Shown here: positions 23,656-38,212 of the stretch, one piece after another
Numbering within the stretch: position 1 is the stretch's first letter
Layout: each line of letters begins with the position of its first letter
DNA from: Selaginella moellendorffii
Taxonomy: Eukaryota; Plantae; Lycopodiophyta
Length of the DNA: 64,000 nt
NCBI RefSeq assembly: GCF_000143415.4
Contig: NW_003314267.1
Location: 1,624,100-1,688,099, forward strand
Reading direction: 5' to 3'
Made by a program: the position numbers and the translations under genes
The notes under the pieces: model-generated
What the model saw: the letters and a program-made list of their open reading frames with translations, nothing else
The model's database searches: none
Told to the model about the DNA's origin: nothing

Positions 23656-25069
23656 ATACCCTGCCTAAATAATATGTAATTATAGTTTTATAAACTATTC
23701 CTATATCCCACTCACAATATATATTTTAAATTATACTAGTTTAGTTAGGTTTAATGAAAAATTTGATATTAATTTTAAATTTTATTTGTTTATAGATATT
23801 GTTGCAAGTTATCTATACTTTCTGAAAGTATAAATTTAAACCTAATTATTTTTATTCTTTAATAATCATGAATGTTTCTTCTTATTTGAGTTATATGACT
23901 TAAGACATTATTAAGGTATAAAGCAGCAAAACAAAAACTTTATTGACTATCCTTCTAACCTGTAAATGTAGTGGAATCCTTTATTATATACACATTTAAT
24001 TTAATATTACAAATTTATATATAATATTAGAATTAATTTTTGGTATTTTATTTTTATTAAAATATCATAAAAAAACATTTATGGTGTTGTCACTAAAGAA
24101 GGCACAACTTTAGTTGGTACACATAGGAGGTATTATGTTTTTTTATGTGGCTAGAAGGTGTAAATAAATAATAATATTTATTATCTATTAATTTTTATTT
24201 TAAAAAATAACTTAATTTAATTTAAATTTTAAACTAGATTAAATGTAGTTTATTTATAATAATGTTTTTGGAAAGACTATTGAGAATCTTGAATTTGTGC
24301 TTGAAAAAAATTTAAAATAGTAAAAGTTCACGCTACTTCTAAAATGGTAATATGAATCTTGTTGCAATGATGCTTGGAAGCAATCAAAGCGCAGTCGGCG
24401 GGCCAATCTTTACACCAGGCTAATCGAATCTCATGATCCCAGTGAGGAACAAGCATATATGCTCGAGCACAGTGGGGTACTTTCCAAAATTTCACCACCC
24501 ACGGACGCACGACACACGACACGAATAAGAAGCAGGGATCCAAGTTGAGAATCGCAGGCTTTGGTTTTGTATTGTTTTCTTTCCCCCAGGGACAACACAG
24601 AAACAAAAATGTGTTTATTTTGGCCTTCCAGTGTCCTGGGAAAGAAAAAGAATGCGCACAGCAATGGGTCAGCGAGAGAGAGCGGACGGTATGAGCCAGC
24701 AGACGTGGCGATTCCTTGGCCGTCCGCTGGGGGTTTTCCCACCGTCCATTGCTCTTTCCCTTTCCCCTTTAATTTTTTCCGGCATCGCAGCTGTAATGCA
24801 TGATTTCCAAGAAGGCGCTCTCTCGAGTATGTCCACCGGACGAAGAAGATCGCATTTCTTTTGAGCAATGAATTCTACGCCTCTCGTGGTGCCGGGTAAG
24901 CCCCAGCTTTTCTTTTCTCCTCTCTCTCTCTCTCTCTCTCTCTCGATTGAGTCGATTTATAGCTCGCGACCACCATAGCTTTGCTTCGTGTAGTTCTTTC
25001 ACAAGCTTTTCCTCTCTCTCTCTCTCTCCTTCTCTCTCTTTGATCTCTTTGTGCCTAGAACTGGAAGAA

Positions 25070-26746
25070 ATGGTTTGCGATGCTGGAATTCCACTGATCG
25101 ATCTCGCTCCATTTTTCCAGGCCGAGGCTCCCGAGGTCTTGGAGCTCCGACGCCAGAAGATAGGAGAGATAGGAAATGCCTGCGAGGAGTGGGGATTCTT
25201 CCAGGTCCAGAACCACGGCCTGGATAGCAAGCTCATTACCGATTCCTTGAAAGTTTCCAGCGAGTTTTTCGATCTTCCGCTGGAGGAGAAGAGGAAGCTC
25301 TCGCTGCCGGCTGGAGTTTCGCCTGTCCCGATTGGATTTTGCTGTGATAGTGGCCTGGATGACAAGGTGGAGAACAAGGAACATATGTTCTTCTTTGCCG
25401 AGGATGGGAAGAAGGCGGCCAAAAATGGTGGTAGCTACGCTCAATACAATGTCTGGCCTGACACTCCAGCGAGCTACAAGTAAGCAAAAAATGTCTCTTC
25501 CATTTTCTTTCTGGTCCACCATCTTTTGTCTCTATTCTTCTCGATTCATCTCTTTTGTTTTGGTTGCTTCATGCTGTTTGATTGTTCGTGGAGTTCTCGC
25601 TTAAACTATTCTTGTTGCTCCCTCGATCAATCTCTACCTTCTCATTTTTTAGTCTGGATTCTATGAGCGTGGGATGATGTTGTCATTTGCTTTTAGTTTT
25701 TTTTTTTCTCTCTGTGTAGATAGATTATAAAGCTTCGCTTCGCTTTCTTCTTCTCTCTCGTCTCATCACGCTCACAGATATTTTCCGGTTTCTGTTCTCT
25801 TTTTCCACAGTTTTTGTACTGTCTAGATTGAGAATGACTGGTTGTCTGGTTGTTTTTTCCTCTCTTCATAGGCCTATTATCAAGGACAGGCTTCTCAAGG
25901 AGACCCAAACAACCGCAATCTTCTTGCTGAGCCTCATCTCCCAGAGCCTGGGCCTTTCAAAGGACTTCCTCTATGAGCACTACGAGGACAAACTCAACGC
26001 TTTGATAATGCTCCACTATCCCCCGTCTCACTCCACCGATGAGATCGGCCTGTCCAAGCACCAGGATGGGAACATCCTCAGCGTTGTCGCACAGAGCGAG
26101 GTGGAAGGCCTCCAAATCCTCAAGGATGATAAGTGGATCACCATCCAGCCGCGACCAAACTGCCTTGTTGTCAACGTTGGTGATATAGTCCAGGTAAAAT
26201 CTGTTTTCATGGTTCTGATATGGTCTTCCCATTCGTTCATATGCCTGCAGCACAAGCTCGAAAGTTCTTTGTTCTTCTTCGATCGATTGGTGTTCTTGAT
26301 GCTCTTGAATGTTCTCTTTGTGATCAGCTCTCCTACGTGACGTGTTGTGGATATAAGTTCTTAGTTCTTGCTTTAGATGCATATTCGTTCAGAAAATTCG
26401 AAAGTTCTTGGTGCTCTTCGATTGTTCTTTGTTCAACTTTCTGGATTAGAGTTTGATGCTTAAGTATTCAGATATTTTCACACAGGTGTGGAGCAACGAT
26501 CGCTACAAGAGTGTCTTACACCGCGTGATCAACAACAGGGCAGGGACTCGCTACTCTTTTTCTTTTTCGTGCGTTCCCGGAGTCACCACTCAAGTATGCC
26601 CACTGCCGCAGTTCACTGCAGGTGTCAACGAGCCGCCCAAGTACCGAGAGTTTCGATACGGCGAATACATGATGTTCAGATTCGAAAACAAGAAGGTTGG
26701 AGGTCCCAACTCAGAGGAAATCACCATCAAATACTACGCAATATAA
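25070..26746 (+). CDS. 2-oxoglutarate/Fe(II)-dependent dioxygenase (DOXC class), 3 exons, 330 aa
   Basis: Exons 25070-25479, 25872-26193 and 26486-26746 are in phase. DIOX_N motif IPLIDL..ACEEWGFFQVQNHG, iron ligands HQD and SVLHRV, and the RYS 2OG-binding motif are present. Confidence 0.95.
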
Positions 26747-28829
26747 AAGAAAAGAGTAAGAAAGCGGTTTCTAATTTCTAAGTTTAAGAAAAGTTGACAG
26801 CTGGGAATGTTCTAAATCTGACATGACATAAGAAAACGTTGACGGCTATGCTTGCTATTCCACTTTTTACTAGAGCATAACATAGATTTGTGTACTGCTA
26901 AACTTTAGCAGTGGGGAGAAGATCCATAATCTGGATTCCTCTCACTGGCCCTTTGTTTGGAGGCAGTAAATAGGAACACTGCAATGGAAATGGACTCATC
27001 TGCAAAATGCTATAGAATCTGTTTAACTTTTTATGCGTATGGATTATGAATCTTTGATCCAAATAACAATCTATAGGCACGATTCAATTAGGAAGATTGC
27101 AGCCTGGTGATGATTAAAATTTACAACATTGCTAAAAGTCAGATTAAGTTAATCTTGGCTCCAAACCAAAGAGTTTTGTAGAGGGAAAGAGGTTTTAGAA
27201 ATGCCAACGGTGGAGCTAGATGAGAGCTCCCTGCTGGACGTCTTCATCAAGGTGGGCAATGCACAGCAGCTCGCGATATTCACTGGAGGTTTAAGCAACG
27301 GTGGCAGCTGCGCAGGGCCGCACTTCGAATTTGATTGAGGTTAGTGGCAGGGAGGAGCTGAGGGGCTCTGAGGATGCCATCTCCCCAAGTACAAGGCTGC
27401 CGGCTCAAGGAGCTCAGAGTCGTTAGCGGAAAGGTGACCAGATTGAAGCTAACGGTTACCGGCTTGCCTGGGCTGCTGACTACCTTCAATGCTTTCCCTC
27501 GAAGCTTGGGAATCATGGGGACCGTTGAAGAATCCTGTTTGGTCGACACCTCTCGGCTCTGGTCTCATCCAGGTCTTCGCCAGCGAGCAAAAGATGACCA
27601 TGGACAATTGGTTTGGCTGCGTGGATGTTGATTCTTTTCTTTCCAATCATCTTCTTACCAATGGTGTTGCAGGGGGTGTCTCAAAGTGCAAGGACTTAAC
27701 TACTACACCACCCTAACGCAATGGTTATCAGGGATTTACTTGAAGATCATCAAGTCAAAGAGCTTGTGATTCACTACAAGAAGATAGAATGTCTAGTTAG
27801 CAAACAAATGAGAAACATAAACTTACAAACCATTTTTTGCAAAATTTTAATTTTATTATACTTGGTTAAGTTTTATTTATTATATAACTACAAATAAAAA
27901 TAGCTATTTATTTAAAAATAATAGGGATTTTTTAGCCTACAACACCTTCTTAGAACTCTATGACCTATATAAGAAGTTTAATACTTTATTCCTACAATTT
28001 GTTAACCATATCCTTGAGCACATCCCCCCATTTAATGGTGTACCTAAGTTAGCCTCTTTGACTAAGAACCCATAACAATGAGATATAAATGTCTTTATAC
28101 CCTTTATTTTGCCCTAGTAAAGGATTGAGACTTAAACCCAACCTTGCTTTACTAGGGGGTTGGGACTTAAACCCAACCTCCATAGATTACATTTATGGAT
28201 TTGACATCTTTTTAGAGAGTTCATTGATCATAAAAATTTGGAATATTAATGCTTAGCTTATGTCCTCAATCCTTGCTAAATATGCTAGTCTTAATCCTTA
28301 ATCTGTCACTTTCACTTTGTCATTATTCATTATCTAGGCAAGTTAATGCACTCACCTAACATAATTACCTTGCTTTTGCTCTAGGCAATTTAGTTTTTGA
28401 ACTTCAAAAGCAAGTTTTACTTAGCTCCTCTTAGTTTGAAATCAACTTGATTGCTCAGATTTTTACACTAATGGACCACTCTTAATAGATAATAATTCAT
28501 TGGACCCAATCAACAGATTTATTTGTTTATGAAGTTCATGGGCATCTTTAACTTGGTGATTTACCTATACAATATAGAGATTATTTTTCTTTCAATTTTA
28601 GAATGATCTCGTACACCATCACACATAGCTCTATACCCTTGAAAGTAATCTTTTAACTTTATATTATTTAATTATGTTGTCGTGAATATGACTGTAGATA
28701 TCGAAAGATATTTGTTACCGAGTCTTTTTGGATATTCTTCTCTTACTACCACGACGGTAGGTTAGCATTGTTAGACCTTTTATCAGTCGCCTTTATGCTA
28801 ATGGAGTTAATTAATCATTTCGAGTGTAC

Positions 28830-31800
28830 TTGGATCAGACAAGCACAAAGATGGAATTCCTACATGCTATTAACTAAACATACCTAGCCTGATAAAGAGT
28901 TTCTATTTTATTGTATCTTGCACTGACGTCCCTCAATATTTTACTAAATGATAACTTACTATGTTTGCCAAACACTTTTGTTACCATGCTTTTTGTGTTA
29001 GTCCTATTTCAGTCCCATTAGCTATTTATGGAAAGTGCAAAATCTACTAATTGGGCATATTTACGGAATGTAGATTTGTTTTTAACAAAACTCCAAATTC
29101 ACAATATAACACCATTCTATATTTAATAAGTTTTTGTCTCTTGGGACAAAGGTGAAAACCCAAAGTGTGCATTCCTCTAGGGGAGGTGGGGGTAGTCTAG
29201 GGGGTTCCAAAGGTATAGTATACACTTGTGTGTCTATTTTTGTTTTGTGTTTGGCTTAGGTTTAAACCTAAACTCCATATTATGCTAACTAATGGAGCAC
29301 CCATATTTTTGCATTAGGCCACCAGTATATTGAAATAGTGTTGATTCTGTTTTGTGTGCTAGTTTTGGTGTTGGGATGCTAGATGCTCTAGCACCATTCC
29401 TATATAAATTAGTGCTCATGTCTCTTCGCTTCTTAAACTATACACTCAAGAGTTGTTCCATGCTCTAGTTTCCTATGCTCCTTGACTATATACTAAAGAG
29501 TTTGGCTTTGTCCCTTTGTTCAATAGCCCAAGACCCTAAACTTGGGTTCCACTCCACTACTCTTGGTCCATATGTTCAAGGGTTTATGTTCCACTCCATG
29601 GTTATCTTATAGTAAATCACTATAGGGTAAAATGTGAAAACCACGTGCATTATATTTGGTATCAAAAGATGAGTCTCAGTGAGTATTATCCAATAAGATT
29701 GGGCAATTAGTCTTGTTATATACGAAAAGATGAAAACAAAGATCCAAGTGGGTATACGTTTAAGTGTTATGATGTTGCATTTGAGTATGGATTTTTGTTA
29801 CTTTTTTGTACTATATTGTGTGAGCTTGTATTTGGGCCTATAGGATGGATTGAGATGTTTCATTAGCATAAGTTTGTGCTTGGGCTCATAAGTAAGGCAT
29901 ATTAGCAATTTAAGGTTACACTTTGAGTTGACAAAATTAATGTTAGCCTATCAATGGTAACCCCATATTACTGTGGGTAAAAATAAACCTCCCTTAGGTT
30001 TGCAAAGAGTGGCAAATAAGTTGGTCTGTAACATGATACTAGTGGATCTTTCTTAGGCATGATTATAAGTGGATCAATCAGTAGGGATTAATTTGTTGAT
30101 TCAAGTAGTCATTATTATGCTCTTTTATAAACTTTTCTATGAATGGACTGACAGTGCAAATGCGCTTAGTCAAGTTGAGACCAAAAAAAGAATTATCAGG
30201 GACGAAGGATCAATTTGAAAATCATCTTCTCTTCTAAAGATGATTTGCCAATGAAGTGTGTTTCATTGCTTATATTCATGTTATGCAATTGGAGTCCCTA
30301 CTTTTATGTATATTAGTTATGATGGTTTTATAAGTGGCGAGTCATAGGATAGATAGCGATGAAGCACTAAACCATTTTGCTTATGCTTATTATAAAAAAG
30401 GCTTAGTTTGCAATGCTCAATTCTTTCTAGGGAATTTTGTTATTGCTCCTTGAATAGCTTGGTATTAGGTTAGTTTTGAGTTTGGTTGGAAAAAAGTGGT
30501 ATAAGCTTGTCTATGTTGTAAATGAAATTAGTGGTGTTGAGTGTCATAAATCTCTATTAGTGAGGTGTGGCATTCATATTATATTTTATTGAATCGAGTT
30601 GGCATTTGATACTCATGTAAACCTTTGTAGTAGTGATATAAGTGTTGTTTGTAGTGTTACTTGATTGATGATCAAGTTTTTATAATTTTTATATTATATC
30701 TTAGTGATTGTGAGCAATGTGTTTATAAAGTTGTTTAGTCAAACAATGATCAACCCCAAAGTGGTTGATGGTGATATTAGTCTACTTGTATATAGTAAGA
30801 TTGTAATAGCTTCAACTGGATTCTCTAAAACTGATCCAGTATGCTAAGTTAATAATAGTACTTTAGTTTGCCTATTAAGGTTTTGGAAAAAGGTTATAGC
30901 ATTCATTTGCTATAACTTAATGGTAAATCTATTAATACTTAAAGTAGATTATTGGATGAAGAAGGTATGTAGTTGAAACATTAATTTTACTAACACTTGT
31001 GTTAGTGGAGGTGGCATTGTTATATTGAGTGATGAGGAACTTTCTTTAAAGCTTGATTTTCCATGTAATTTTTCTTGTTAATGTTTTAACTTTACATTAA
31101 CTCTTGAAGATGATTGAAGAAAAGTATTAGTATAGTATGAATATCTAAAGAATGATTTTTATGATTAAGTCTTGGGTATTTATTTTGCATTTATAGATAT
31201 CGTTATTGGATATCAGTTATATGTACATGTTTTTTTATGCTTAAATATACTGTTGGGTCATGAAATTTTATGTTGAAATGAACTTATGGTAGGAAGAAGT
31301 TGGTTGAGTCTTGAGAATTCTAGATTAAGAGTTATTCTTTCTCTATGATAAAAAATTTCTATAAATTTTTTATATTTTTTTCAATAGTTAATTTAATGAT
31401 TATTTTGCTCAAAACCCATTTCATTTTCAAAAGCCATTACAAACTAGCGAAAGGGTTAAAGTTTACTTCAATTAGCATATACTTCAATAGGTTGTTTGTA
31501 TAATATGGTCAGAAAGGGATATTAACTTTTGGGGCTAAGGCAATTAAATTTGATAGAGTCTAGAGATAATGTAAGAAAGTGGCTATTATGCCTTTCTAAA
31601 AATATAACCTTTTTACCTTTCTTTTGTAATATCAAGTTTGGTGACAATTTACACCTTGCATTTTGTAAACTCTATGAGAGTAGAGAGCTTTCACTAATCT
31701 TGACTTAGTTTTGGTAACTTTATGCCTTGGTTGAAAATGGTATATCCAACTTAGTTGTTTATAATTGAGGTGTTAGTACCCATAGTATAGCTTTGTCTAT

Positions 31801-33255
31801 AAAAAGGTTGTATGCCATTTAAGTCCATCTTATAGTTTTCACTTTAGTTACTATTGAATGTTGTCTATGCATAGTTAGCCTCTTTGGATATGTCTATGCT
31901 TATCCATGTTTTCATTTCTTGTACTTGCGGTATTACCTTCATGTTAGATAAGTATATAACTTGATGATGTGAGTTTAGTGTTTGGGTCTTGTGAAGGGTA
32001 ACTACTATTAACTAGTCACATCACCCGCTTCTCTCTCAATATTCAATATTTTGTTTTAAAAGGATATGACCATGTAAATAACTTTAACTGCATATTTACA
32101 ATAGTTTATCTAAACCTTATCGATGGGTTTAGGTTGTTTGTTCAGGAGGGTTGTAACTTCTCTTTTTATATCATTTGTAGATAGGGGCATATTATCTTTT
32201 ATAAGCTAGGTGACACATTTAACAAAGGTGGCTGACTCTGTTGGTCATTTCCTTATTAATGACATTTGTGTTAAACAAAAAGGTTTAATTTATTTAACTT
32301 ATTTAAGTTCTGGTCTAGAAGCAAGAATGGAGCAAGCACCTAGTGTAGAGTGCTCCATGGCATTGGCATCTTGCAAACTTATCTAACATAGTAAGGAGTT
32401 CCCATCTCACTATGTCTTGCATTAGTGAAAAGAACCATTATGTATTGTGATTAGTCCCTTAATATTGTTAAATGATATTTTACCATGTTTGCCAAACACT
32501 CTTGCTATCAAGCCTCTTGTTCCAGTCATATTGGCTATTTATAGAAAGTGTTTAAATCTGTTAATTGGGCATATCTACATAATATAGAGATTGTCCTTAG
32601 CACAATAGTGTTGTTTCTATTTCCAAATTTGCAATCTAATGCAATTCTATATTTAATAAGTTTTTGTGATTGTCTCAAAAATTAACTCCTGAAACTAGGG
32701 TGAAAGCCCAAAACATGTGTTCCTCTAGGGGAGGGGGTTTGGGGGTTTCAAATATATAGTAAGGATAATAGGTAGGTTGAACAATAGTTGACCAACCTAA
32801 GGTATAATCAAGCTCTCACTTGCATATCTATCTTTGTTTTATGTCTAGTTTAGGTCTATGCCTAAGCTCCATACCATATTAATTAATGGAGTACCCATAT
32901 CCTCACATTAAACCACTAATATATTAAGATAGCACTAAACTTTATTTGGCTTTGCTTTATATATTGGTCTTGGCATTGGGATGTTAAATGCTAAAACTAT
33001 TTTTATATCGTTCAGTATTCCTATCCTTTTGCTCCTTAGATTGTACACTCAAAATTTATTATATGCTTTAGTTGCCTACACTCTTTGGCTTTATGCTTGG
33101 GAGTTTGGCTCTGTCCTTTCATTCAGTGGCTCAAGGCCCTGAACTTGGGTTCATCTTTGCTACCCTTAGTCCCTTAATCCATATGTCCAAAGGTTTACAT
33201 TTTGTTCCGTGGTTATCCTATAGTAAATCACTATAAGGAAAACCATATGCACTAA
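28830..33255 (+). repeat. Two diverged ~0.8-0.9 kb direct repeats (~28830-29650 and ~32325-33255) in a decayed TE block
   Basis: Shared ATGTTTGCCAAACACT, TAATTGGGCATAT, ATTCTATATTTAATAAGTTTTTGT, TCCTCTAGGGGAGG and terminal TATAGTAAATCACTATA. Confidence 0.75.
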
Positions 33256-33299
33256 ACATGCCATTACAATCTTATCATAAGTTATTTTGAGATAGGTAA

Positions 33300-34330
33300 A
33301 ACTTTGATCTTGTTTAACATTTATTTTAGTGTTAATATATAGAGGAGTTTATCCATACTTATAATCACATCTATCAACAAAGAAAAGTGCCTCAACATGC
33401 TTCTATTGGTGTTCTTCAACCACTCTCTTTAGCTCTAGGGCTTTGACAATCTATTTTAGCAAATTTACCACCATTTTGCAAGGTAATAAATGTGTTATTT
33501 TAGAGAAATAGTCCACAAACATTAGTAAAACATTAAATCCTTTAGAAAAGTTTCACAAAAGTAGATTTCACAAACTTTATTTTGTCTGCATAGACTACCT
33601 AATGATTTTATGAACAATCAAGGATTATATTTCATCTCCAACTTTTGGTAATAACTACTTCAATTTCTCTACAATAGAAGTAAGATTTTCACCTCCCATC
33701 ATTTTCAAATAGATAGATAATTAGAGTGTGCAACTAGACATTGGAATAATATCTTCATTGTTCATCTTTCATCAATAGAATGATTGGGTTGACTTCATTT
33801 TGCAAAGTTCAGCCACAACTCCCAACATAAATTCACAAAACACTCAACATTTTTTATGATATATATGATATATGGTTTGCATCCTCAATGGTCTTATTCT
33901 TTTCCTACATCTCCTAAATCCATTTCTAATGATTTAGTGTACTTTATGATGAAATCCATCCCTATCCCTAAAAACTTACTGATAATTTTAGCATTGGGTC
34001 TAAGGTTTAGCTCCTTCATTGTCATTTACATTTCACCAAGCCTTATAAGAAGCTTAATTACCAATAGTTGGGTCCTTTCTTTGTTTTGGCTCACACTTTA
34101 GAAAGTGACATATCAATTGGATCTTCCTTTTCCAACTTTCCACATTTCTTTACTTGAGCTATATTATAGGCATCCAAGTCAGGATAAAAAGAGCCTACAA
34201 TCAAGTAATCACCCCTTTAGCTAAGCCAATTGGTATATAGTGTAAGGGATAAAATTTTAATATTGGTATTGGTGGTCAAGTAATGCAATATATGTATTTC
34301 TACCTTGTATTAGAGCTCTCATTGCTGATA
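33300..34330 (+). mobile_element. Degenerate Ty3/Gypsy integrase remnant
   Basis: IGVLQPLSL..L*QSI (GLLQPLP..PWQSIS), FISNFW, and the GPY/F region KKLNYQ*LGPF...VTYQLDLP..FHISLLE. Many stop codons. Confidence 0.8.
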
Positions 34331-34738
34331 AGTAGGAAGAATATTTTAAAGAGGGAAAACCTAAAACCTCTCAGGCCATAGAATATTCTTAACTATATAT
34401 GTATAAGATCTTCTAACCTTGATCCTTTAGACTGATCAATGCCCCCTCTCTCTCTCTCTCATCATCATGATCAAGATGAAACTTAAATACATAATCCTTT
34501 AATACATATCCATAATAACAGTCACAATTAGCTATAATAGAGAAAAAAGATCTTCACTAGGTTGTGAGCAAACCAAAAGAAATTGGAGGGTTAAATTAGG
34601 GCATAAGGACAAAAAGATAGTGTAGAGAGAAGAGATGATATAAGTGAGTATTAGTGTTTCCTAAAGGAATACCATCAAGGGGTTTCGGTCATCTAGATAC
34701 TTGCTTTAGTATGGAAGCAAACATTCTTTTGACCTCAG

Positions 34739-34804
34739 AGAAATTCTTTCTTTGGGCATATGTGCCAATTAAGAAATTCTTTCTTTGGGCATATGTGCCA
34801 ATTA
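34739..34804. repeat. 33-bp perfect tandem duplication
   Basis: AGAAATTCTTTCTTTGGGCATATGTGCCAATTA x2. Confidence 0.9.
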
Positions 34805-36239
34805 TGGAGGTTAACAACCAAAGGTTCCACAATAGTATTTAACATATATCTTCTACTTCCAAAAGCTTGTAGCAACTAAGAAATTGGTATTATTCCCTTT
34901 CTTTTTCTAGAGAATAAAAAAACAAGTTAGTATAGCCTTGTACTATGTAAAGTTAGTATAGTTATTAATTTCCTTATGATGGAATATTTTGAAGTTGCTT
35001 TATATATATGATTATTTTCATATAATCTTTCTTTCTTTCTTTATTGATACTTGTATTTCTATAAGATTATTTCTTCTTAATATGTCTTGTTTTATTATTA
35101 TATTCCATTTTGCAAGATCTTGATTATTCTCATATTATTTCTCATGCAAATAGGTTATTAGTAAGCAGTGATTTCAAGCCTATGCTACTCTTGATATCTC
35201 ACTATTACTGTTTCTAATCCTTCTAAGGTTTTTCATAAGTTAATTCTTATATCACTAAAGATTTATATATTGTATTTTATTTTGTTACTTAAGTTTGAGC
35301 ATTTTACTCTCTTGTATCAATCAATTTTAGCTAACAAATTTGTATTTCTGATAGCTCAACACCATTACAAAATTTCATAAAATATTTCTCAGATTGAGAA
35401 TAAGAATCATAAGAGTCACAAATGATTGATGTGCCAAGAGAAGGAAAAATTGTAAATTAGGAAGAAATACTAACATGAAAAGGTGGCTCAAGCCAAAAAA
35501 TAAAAAAAGGTTGAAAAAGAATAAATGGTATAGAGAAAGAATCAGATGGTAAATTGAAAGATGTACACTACCTCACAAAATCTCCAAAGATATCTCCATA
35601 ATAATTAAGCTATTCATCACAATTTGAAATCCATTCAAGCTTGTAAACATCATCTTGTAATAAATTTGATCCTCAAATAGTTTTCAAGAACCAAATTACA
35701 CTATCCATAGCTTTCTAATCAATGTCACAATCATTCTCTACATCAATAAAAGATGGTAGAACATTGAAAATAAGAAAAATTGTGTAATTATGCCTCATAA
35801 AAGTTGAAGATGGCAAAACATTAAAGATGGGTGCAACACTAGTATAATCATGGTCTACAACACTAAAAGCTCAATTCAATAGAGTAGCATTAGCAGCCTT
35901 AAGTGACATACTCTTTCATCAATGATAGGGTGGTATGGTGGAACAATAGAATGTAATAAAAATTAAAAGAAATAGCAAATTTAAGCACAACAATAATTGA
36001 AATTATAATCTTGAAAAAACATAATATAGATATAGATTCAAAAGATAATGAATGAATAGTTACAAAGCATAATCTCAAACACTAAAGCAAAGCACTACCA
36101 AAAAGCTTTGAGTGTTTGATATATGAAAATAGGTATATTATTTGGGGTTAAAATCTTGCTTATATACAAAAATGGATTGATTAAATTCAATCTTAATGGA
36201 CAGTCTATATGCTATAATACTCTTATTATCTAGGCAAGG

Positions 36240-36241
<2 letters not shown>

Positions 36242-36286
<45 letters not shown>
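36242..36286. repeat. (TA)n microsatellite
   Basis: Pure TA run. Confidence 0.95.
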
Positions 36287-36290
<4 letters not shown>

Positions 36291-38100
36291 GACCTTAAAT
36301 TACTACAATTTTATGTATCCTTTAAGTAGATAAATTAAGGTTTACTGAAGCTTTTATTTAATTTTATATTGATCCCAAGCATATGGTAGATCACTGATTA
36401 TCATGCCGTACCAGTTCTTCATCAGAATTACTTTAATTTTAATTTAATTTAAGTTAATTTCAAAAGGCATGCTATAATACCCAATTTTACTCTTTTGAAC
36501 TTCTTAGCTATTACATTTCAAAATTTTATGTTGATTAATCATAAAATTGAAATAAGAAAAGCATAAAGTAATACAAATGTTTTTGGTTTGCTTAAGTGAA
36601 TTGGCAATGAGTATACTTAGAATATACTTGGAATTTAGTATATTATACCATCTAAGGTATTATAAACATGTTTATATAAACACCCCCAAATATATTCTAG
36701 CATATTCTACAATCTAATGGCTGATATACATTTAGATTATCTAGTGTTTATTAGAATGAAAATATTTATAATTTATCAATTTTCTTGAAAAAATTGTAAG
36801 CTTTCTTGTGGGTAATGCAAAATTCAAAGCTGGGAGATTCTGCTAAGGGAAGCTCCCTCTTCACCATCAGTGAGGAGTACTGTAAGTTTGCAGTTTTTTA
36901 TGTAGCCTTTCTATGAAGGATGTAAATGCAATATTTGTGGACATTATAAATTAAATTAGCATCTTCTTATATGCAAAGTAAACAATTTTCAAAATTCAAC
37001 TTGTTTTTACTATTATATGCTTTCAGGCCATCTAACAATTCCTCTAGATTCTTTCACTTTCTCTATCTTCATGATTTCTTTTGTAGATTCAGATTTTCCT
37101 AATATCTTCTTTAGTGCCCAAGATCAGTGTATTCTCAAGATAATTATTATAAACTATGTATCTTTGAATTTAAAACTATATAGAAAGATTCAAGTAGTTA
37201 TAAAAATTACTTATCAATTTTTAAACTTAAGTATATTTCAAGGTTATAAACAGTTTTAGATCTTGATAATAGAATAATCTACATAATTGATATAATTGGT
37301 ACAAAAACACTAACCAAGTGTTACACAGAAAAGTTTTTGAATTAATACCTGCACTACACTTAAAAATTAGTTTTATTTAATGAAATTGACTATTATTACT
37401 TATAAATTTGAAAATATTCTAATACTTCATAGCTTTCTATACATAATTTTTTTAATCTACTAAAGCTGTTTTTAGGTTTGCTTAAGCAAACATGTAGTGA
37501 ATATACTTAGAATATTGAATATTTTTTTTCTTCCATCTGAAAACTTAGATTAATTTTATGTTTATAAATTATAAAACCAAAGTTTTGTGTTTTATTATAA
37601 ACATCTAACTTGCAACTTCCATGACACTAGCATGGCCAACTTGTAGCCCCCATGTCCTCAAATAACCCTAGCCACCATCACGGCTAGGCCTACCTTCTCA
37701 AGCTTTACTACTGAATGGTTTGTAGAACCATTGATTGCTTTTCTTTTTTAAAATCTGTTGGTGCACCAAGATTACAGCCCAATCTCACAATGAAGGAACT
37801 ATTACATCATCCCCATATCCTATTTATAATAGATTCAAAATTATAAATAATCTACCTACCGCCCCCGCCTTGCTTCCTCCTCGTCGGGCTCCTTGCAATA
37901 GTGGCGAAGCGGAACTAACAAGCCACGCTCTTTATGCGAAGAGCTGGGATCAAGTTCGACATTCCGATGATCCCACTCAACGATGACCTCTGCTGGCCCT
38001 ATGGATGCCTTGTCGTGGCAGTATGACATGGCAGATTTGACAACGTGGAGGATGACGCAATTAAGAACCAGCGCAGGAGTTATTCGGGGTACGTTTGTAG

Positions 38101-38212
38101 CCGTCATCAAGCCTAGCAGCCTGGGTGGATCCGAGACCAGCTGCATTTCAAAGTGCGTGGGTCGCAACATCGAAGCTACCGGGATTGTGAGCAAAGCCCT
38201 CTTCAACGCTGA
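38101..38212 (+). pseudogene. Fragment of a small TIM chaperone (TIM13-like)
   Basis: IKPSSLGGSETSCISKCVGRNIEATGIVSKALFN resembles the plant TIM13 C-terminal half (KP.SSL.GSE.SCISRCVDRYIEATGIIS..LF). Confidence 0.75.

Noticed and set aside
23217-23679. Three long Y/M/C/I/V-rich ORFs
   Set aside because: They are translation artefacts of the TA/TG microsatellite.
27201-27720. Coding-like stretch, possibly an F-box/LRR fragment
   Set aside because: Stops occur in all frames and no motif is convincing enough to call.
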